Assembly (NCBI GenBank): GCA_963745075.1
Contig: CAVUWV010000024.1
Span: 224,001 to 288,000 of the forward strand
Length of the DNA stretch: 64,000 bases
Source: Candidatus Hydrogenedentota bacterium
GTDB lineage: Bacteria; Hydrogenedentota; Hydrogenedentia; Hydrogenedentales; SLHB01
Direction: 5' to 3'
Positions 62,080-64,000 of the stretch are shown here, piece after piece. Position 1 is the stretch's first letter; the number at the start of each line of letters is the position of its first letter. Made by a program: the position numbers and the translations under genes. The notes beneath the pieces were generated by a model. That model saw only the letters and a program-made list of their open reading frames with translations. It was not told the origin of the DNA and did not search any database.

Positions 62080-63533
62080 TGACGCAGACTTTCGACGCCA
62101 TTCGACACACATTGAGCGAAGCCGAACAAGAACACGTTCTCCGGTATTGGCCGGAACTTTCGGAAGCAGAGCGGCGGCAGCTTGACGACCAGTTGGCGTC
62201 CATCGATCACGATCTCATGAAACGCCTGATCGAAACCTGGGTGCTCAACGAACCGCCTGCGGAAGTGTTTCGAGAGATCGAGCCCGTGCCCACAATCCCG
62301 ATCGCCGACCCGAGCCGTCCGGATGCGCGAGACGCGTGGGTCGTGGGTGAGGAGGCCCTGCGCGCGGGTCGCGTCGGCTTGTTGCTCGTTGCCGGAGGAC
62401 AGGGGACGCGGCTGGGATACGACGGACCGAAGGGCGCGTACCCCATCGGACCGATTACGGGACGGTCGCTGTTCGCGTACCATGCGGACAAAATCCACAA
62501 TGCGCAACAGCGCTACGGTTGTACGCTTCCCTGGTACATCATGGTGAGCGAAGCCAACCGCGACGAAACCCGGACGTTCTTCGAAGAGAACGACTATTTC
62601 GGACTGAAGAAAAAGGATGTTTACTTCTTTACCCAGCGTATGGTGCCCTGTGTCGACGACGAAGGGAAGTTCATGCTGGATGCGCCGGCGCGGCTCGCGA
62701 TGAATCCGAATGGGCACGGTGGCGTAATCCCTGCCGTAGTCGAGAACGGTATCTCGATAGACGCCAAGAAACGCGGCGTCGATACGCTCAGCTATTTTCA
62801 GGTCGACAATTGGGCATTGAAGATAGCCGATCCGTTCTTCATCGGGTACCACATTCTCGGCGGCGGAGAGATGTCGTCCAAGATCCATCGCAAGACGGAC
62901 GTCCGGGAGTCCGTCGGCGTGCACTGCTTGTGCGACGGCGAGTACCGGACCATCGAGTACTCGGAACTGGATATCTACCCGCAGCTATTGGAGACCGACG
63001 CGCAAGGGCGGCCTCGTTATTACGCGGGAAATCCTGCGATTCATATCATTTCCGTGGACTTTATTGAGACGGTGTTCAGCAAATTCGACGCGTTTCCGTG
63101 GCATCGCGCCCATAAGAAGATACCGTACTTGGACGCGTCCGGCCGGCGCATCGAGCCCGAGCACGCGAACGGCTACAAATTTGAAACGTTTGTCTTCGAT
63201 GCCCTCCGGTTTACGACCCATCGTCCCATCGCGCTGGAAATCGATCGGGCCGGCGAATATACGCCCATCAAACAATTCAGCGGCTCCAACAGCGTAGAAG
63301 CGGCACGCGCGTCGCAACGGGAACTCTGGGGAAGCTGGCTGGAAGCTGCGGGCTACCTGGTTCCCCGGAACGAATCGGGGAAGGTCGCGATTGAGATCGA
63401 AATCAGTCCCCGGTACGCCAATTCCAAAGTGGAGTTTGTTGCGCGTGCGAAGGACTTGGATTTTTCATCGGGCGGAGATATCGCGATTGGACCCGATGGG
63501 ACCGTTCAATCGGCGTGCTGCGACGCGGGATAG
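62079..63533 (+). CDS. UDPGP type 1 family nucleotidyltransferase (UDP-GlcNAc pyrophosphorylase, UAP1-like)
   Basis: LLVAGGQGTRLGYDGPKG, PNGHGG, QVDN, IEYSEL and KFETFVFDAL motifs. Confidence 0.9.
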   Translation: MTQTFDAIRHTLSEAEQEHVLRYWPELSEAERRQLDDQLASIDHDLMKRLIETWVLNEPPAEVFREIEPVPTIPIADPSRPDARDAWVVGEEALRAGRVGLLLVAGGQGTRLGYDGPKGAYPIGPITGRSLFAYHADKIHNAQQRYGCTLPWYIMVSEANRDETRTFFEENDYFGLKKKDVYFFTQRMVPCVDDEGKFMLDAPARLAMNPNGHGGVIPAVVENGISIDAKKRGVDTLSYFQVDNWALKIADPFFIGYHILGGGEMSSKIHRKTDVRESVGVHCLCDGEYRTIEYSELDIYPQLLETDAQGRPRYYAGNPAIHIISVDFIETVFSKFDAFPWHRAHKKIPYLDASGRRIEPEHANGYKFETFVFDALRFTTHRPIALEIDRAGEYTPIKQFSGSNSVEAARASQRELWGSWLEAAGYLVPRNESGKVAIEIEISPRYANSKVEFVARAKDLDFSSGGDIAIGPDGTVQSACCDAG

Positions 63534-63541
63534 CCGTCTCG

Positions 63542-64000
63542 TCAGGCGGGAGCTTGCGGCGTGGGGTCCGCCGGCGCCACGAGCTGAAGTGCGGAAGGCA
63601 GTAACTCGATCGTCGCGGGCAGAATCCCCGGCTGTTCCCCATCCAGATTGAGCAAAACTCGTTCGGAAGAATCTGCTACCACGCGGGTCGCGGAAAAGCG
63701 GCGCACGAGATCGGCGCGCTTCACATAGCTGCCCGTATAGAACCTTGGCAGGTTCACTACAGCCTTCCAGAAACCAATGTCGCCCAACACGTAGACTTCA
63801 AACGTGCCACTATTCAGGCGAGCGTCTCGGGCCACATGAATGCCGCCTCCGTAATATCGGCCATTGGCAATGATGACGTTGACGGTGCGTTGCTCGAGAA
63901 TCTCGTCATCGATCTGAAGCCGCACCAGGGGATTGTGGAACGTTGCCAACGCGCGCAACGCCGCCCCCAGGAATGTCAGGAACGGGCCGAAGAACTTCGA
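63542..64000 (-). CDS. diacylglycerol-kinase-family lipid kinase, 5'-partial
   Basis: IANGRYYGGG and LNLDGEQPG motifs; runs off the window edge. Confidence 0.82.
   Translation of the reverse strand, partial: SKFFGPFLTFLGAALRALATFHNPLVRLQIDDEILEQRTVNVIIANGRYYGGGIHVARDARLNSGTFEVYVLGDIGFWKAVVNLPRFYTGSYVKRADLVRRFSATRVVADSSERVLLNLDGEQPGILPATIELLPSALQLVAPADPTPQAPA

Overview
GC-rich bacterial chromosomal window. The DUF1559-type gene at the left edge (YRLREEIERFMITDINNPAGSAMAQS...H-X9-DG) and the many sulfatases, glycoside hydrolases and a PEP-CTERM protein suggest Candidatus Hydrogenedentota or a PVC-like heterotroph; this is inference. Many conserved genes (sulfatase, miaB, pepA, GH95, czcB, czcA) carry single-base frameshifts, consistent with an unpolished long-read assembly, so frameshifts are not treated as biology by default. 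Content, left to right: SSS transporter, GH30, DUF1080 and sulfatases; cspA; an outer-membrane beta-barrel gene flanked by two paralogous unannotated ~32-aa peptide genes; an IS4 remnant, a patchwork of REP-like repeats and an HNH islet; miaB-folD-DUF559-pepA-mtaB-larE interleaved with four ~166-bp inverted-repeat elements; a degenerate GGDEF / pseudo-kinase / sigma54-activator module upstream of a sigma54 promoter and a PEP-CTERM gene; CE15, GH123-like, GH95 and beta-helix CAZymes; a czcCBA-type RND system; osmC with a sigma54 promoter; a permease, dapL, pal-cpoB, a sugar kinase, a UAP-type pyrophosphorylase and a partial lipid kinase. Strongest candidates for undescribed systems: (1) the DUF559 nuclease bracketed by constant-length, variable-core repeat elements, (2) the MKH...KAKPVKP peptide pair around the beta-barrel, (3) the degenerate signalling cascade upstream of the PEP-CTERM gene. 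No rRNA, tRNA or CRISPR array was recognised.
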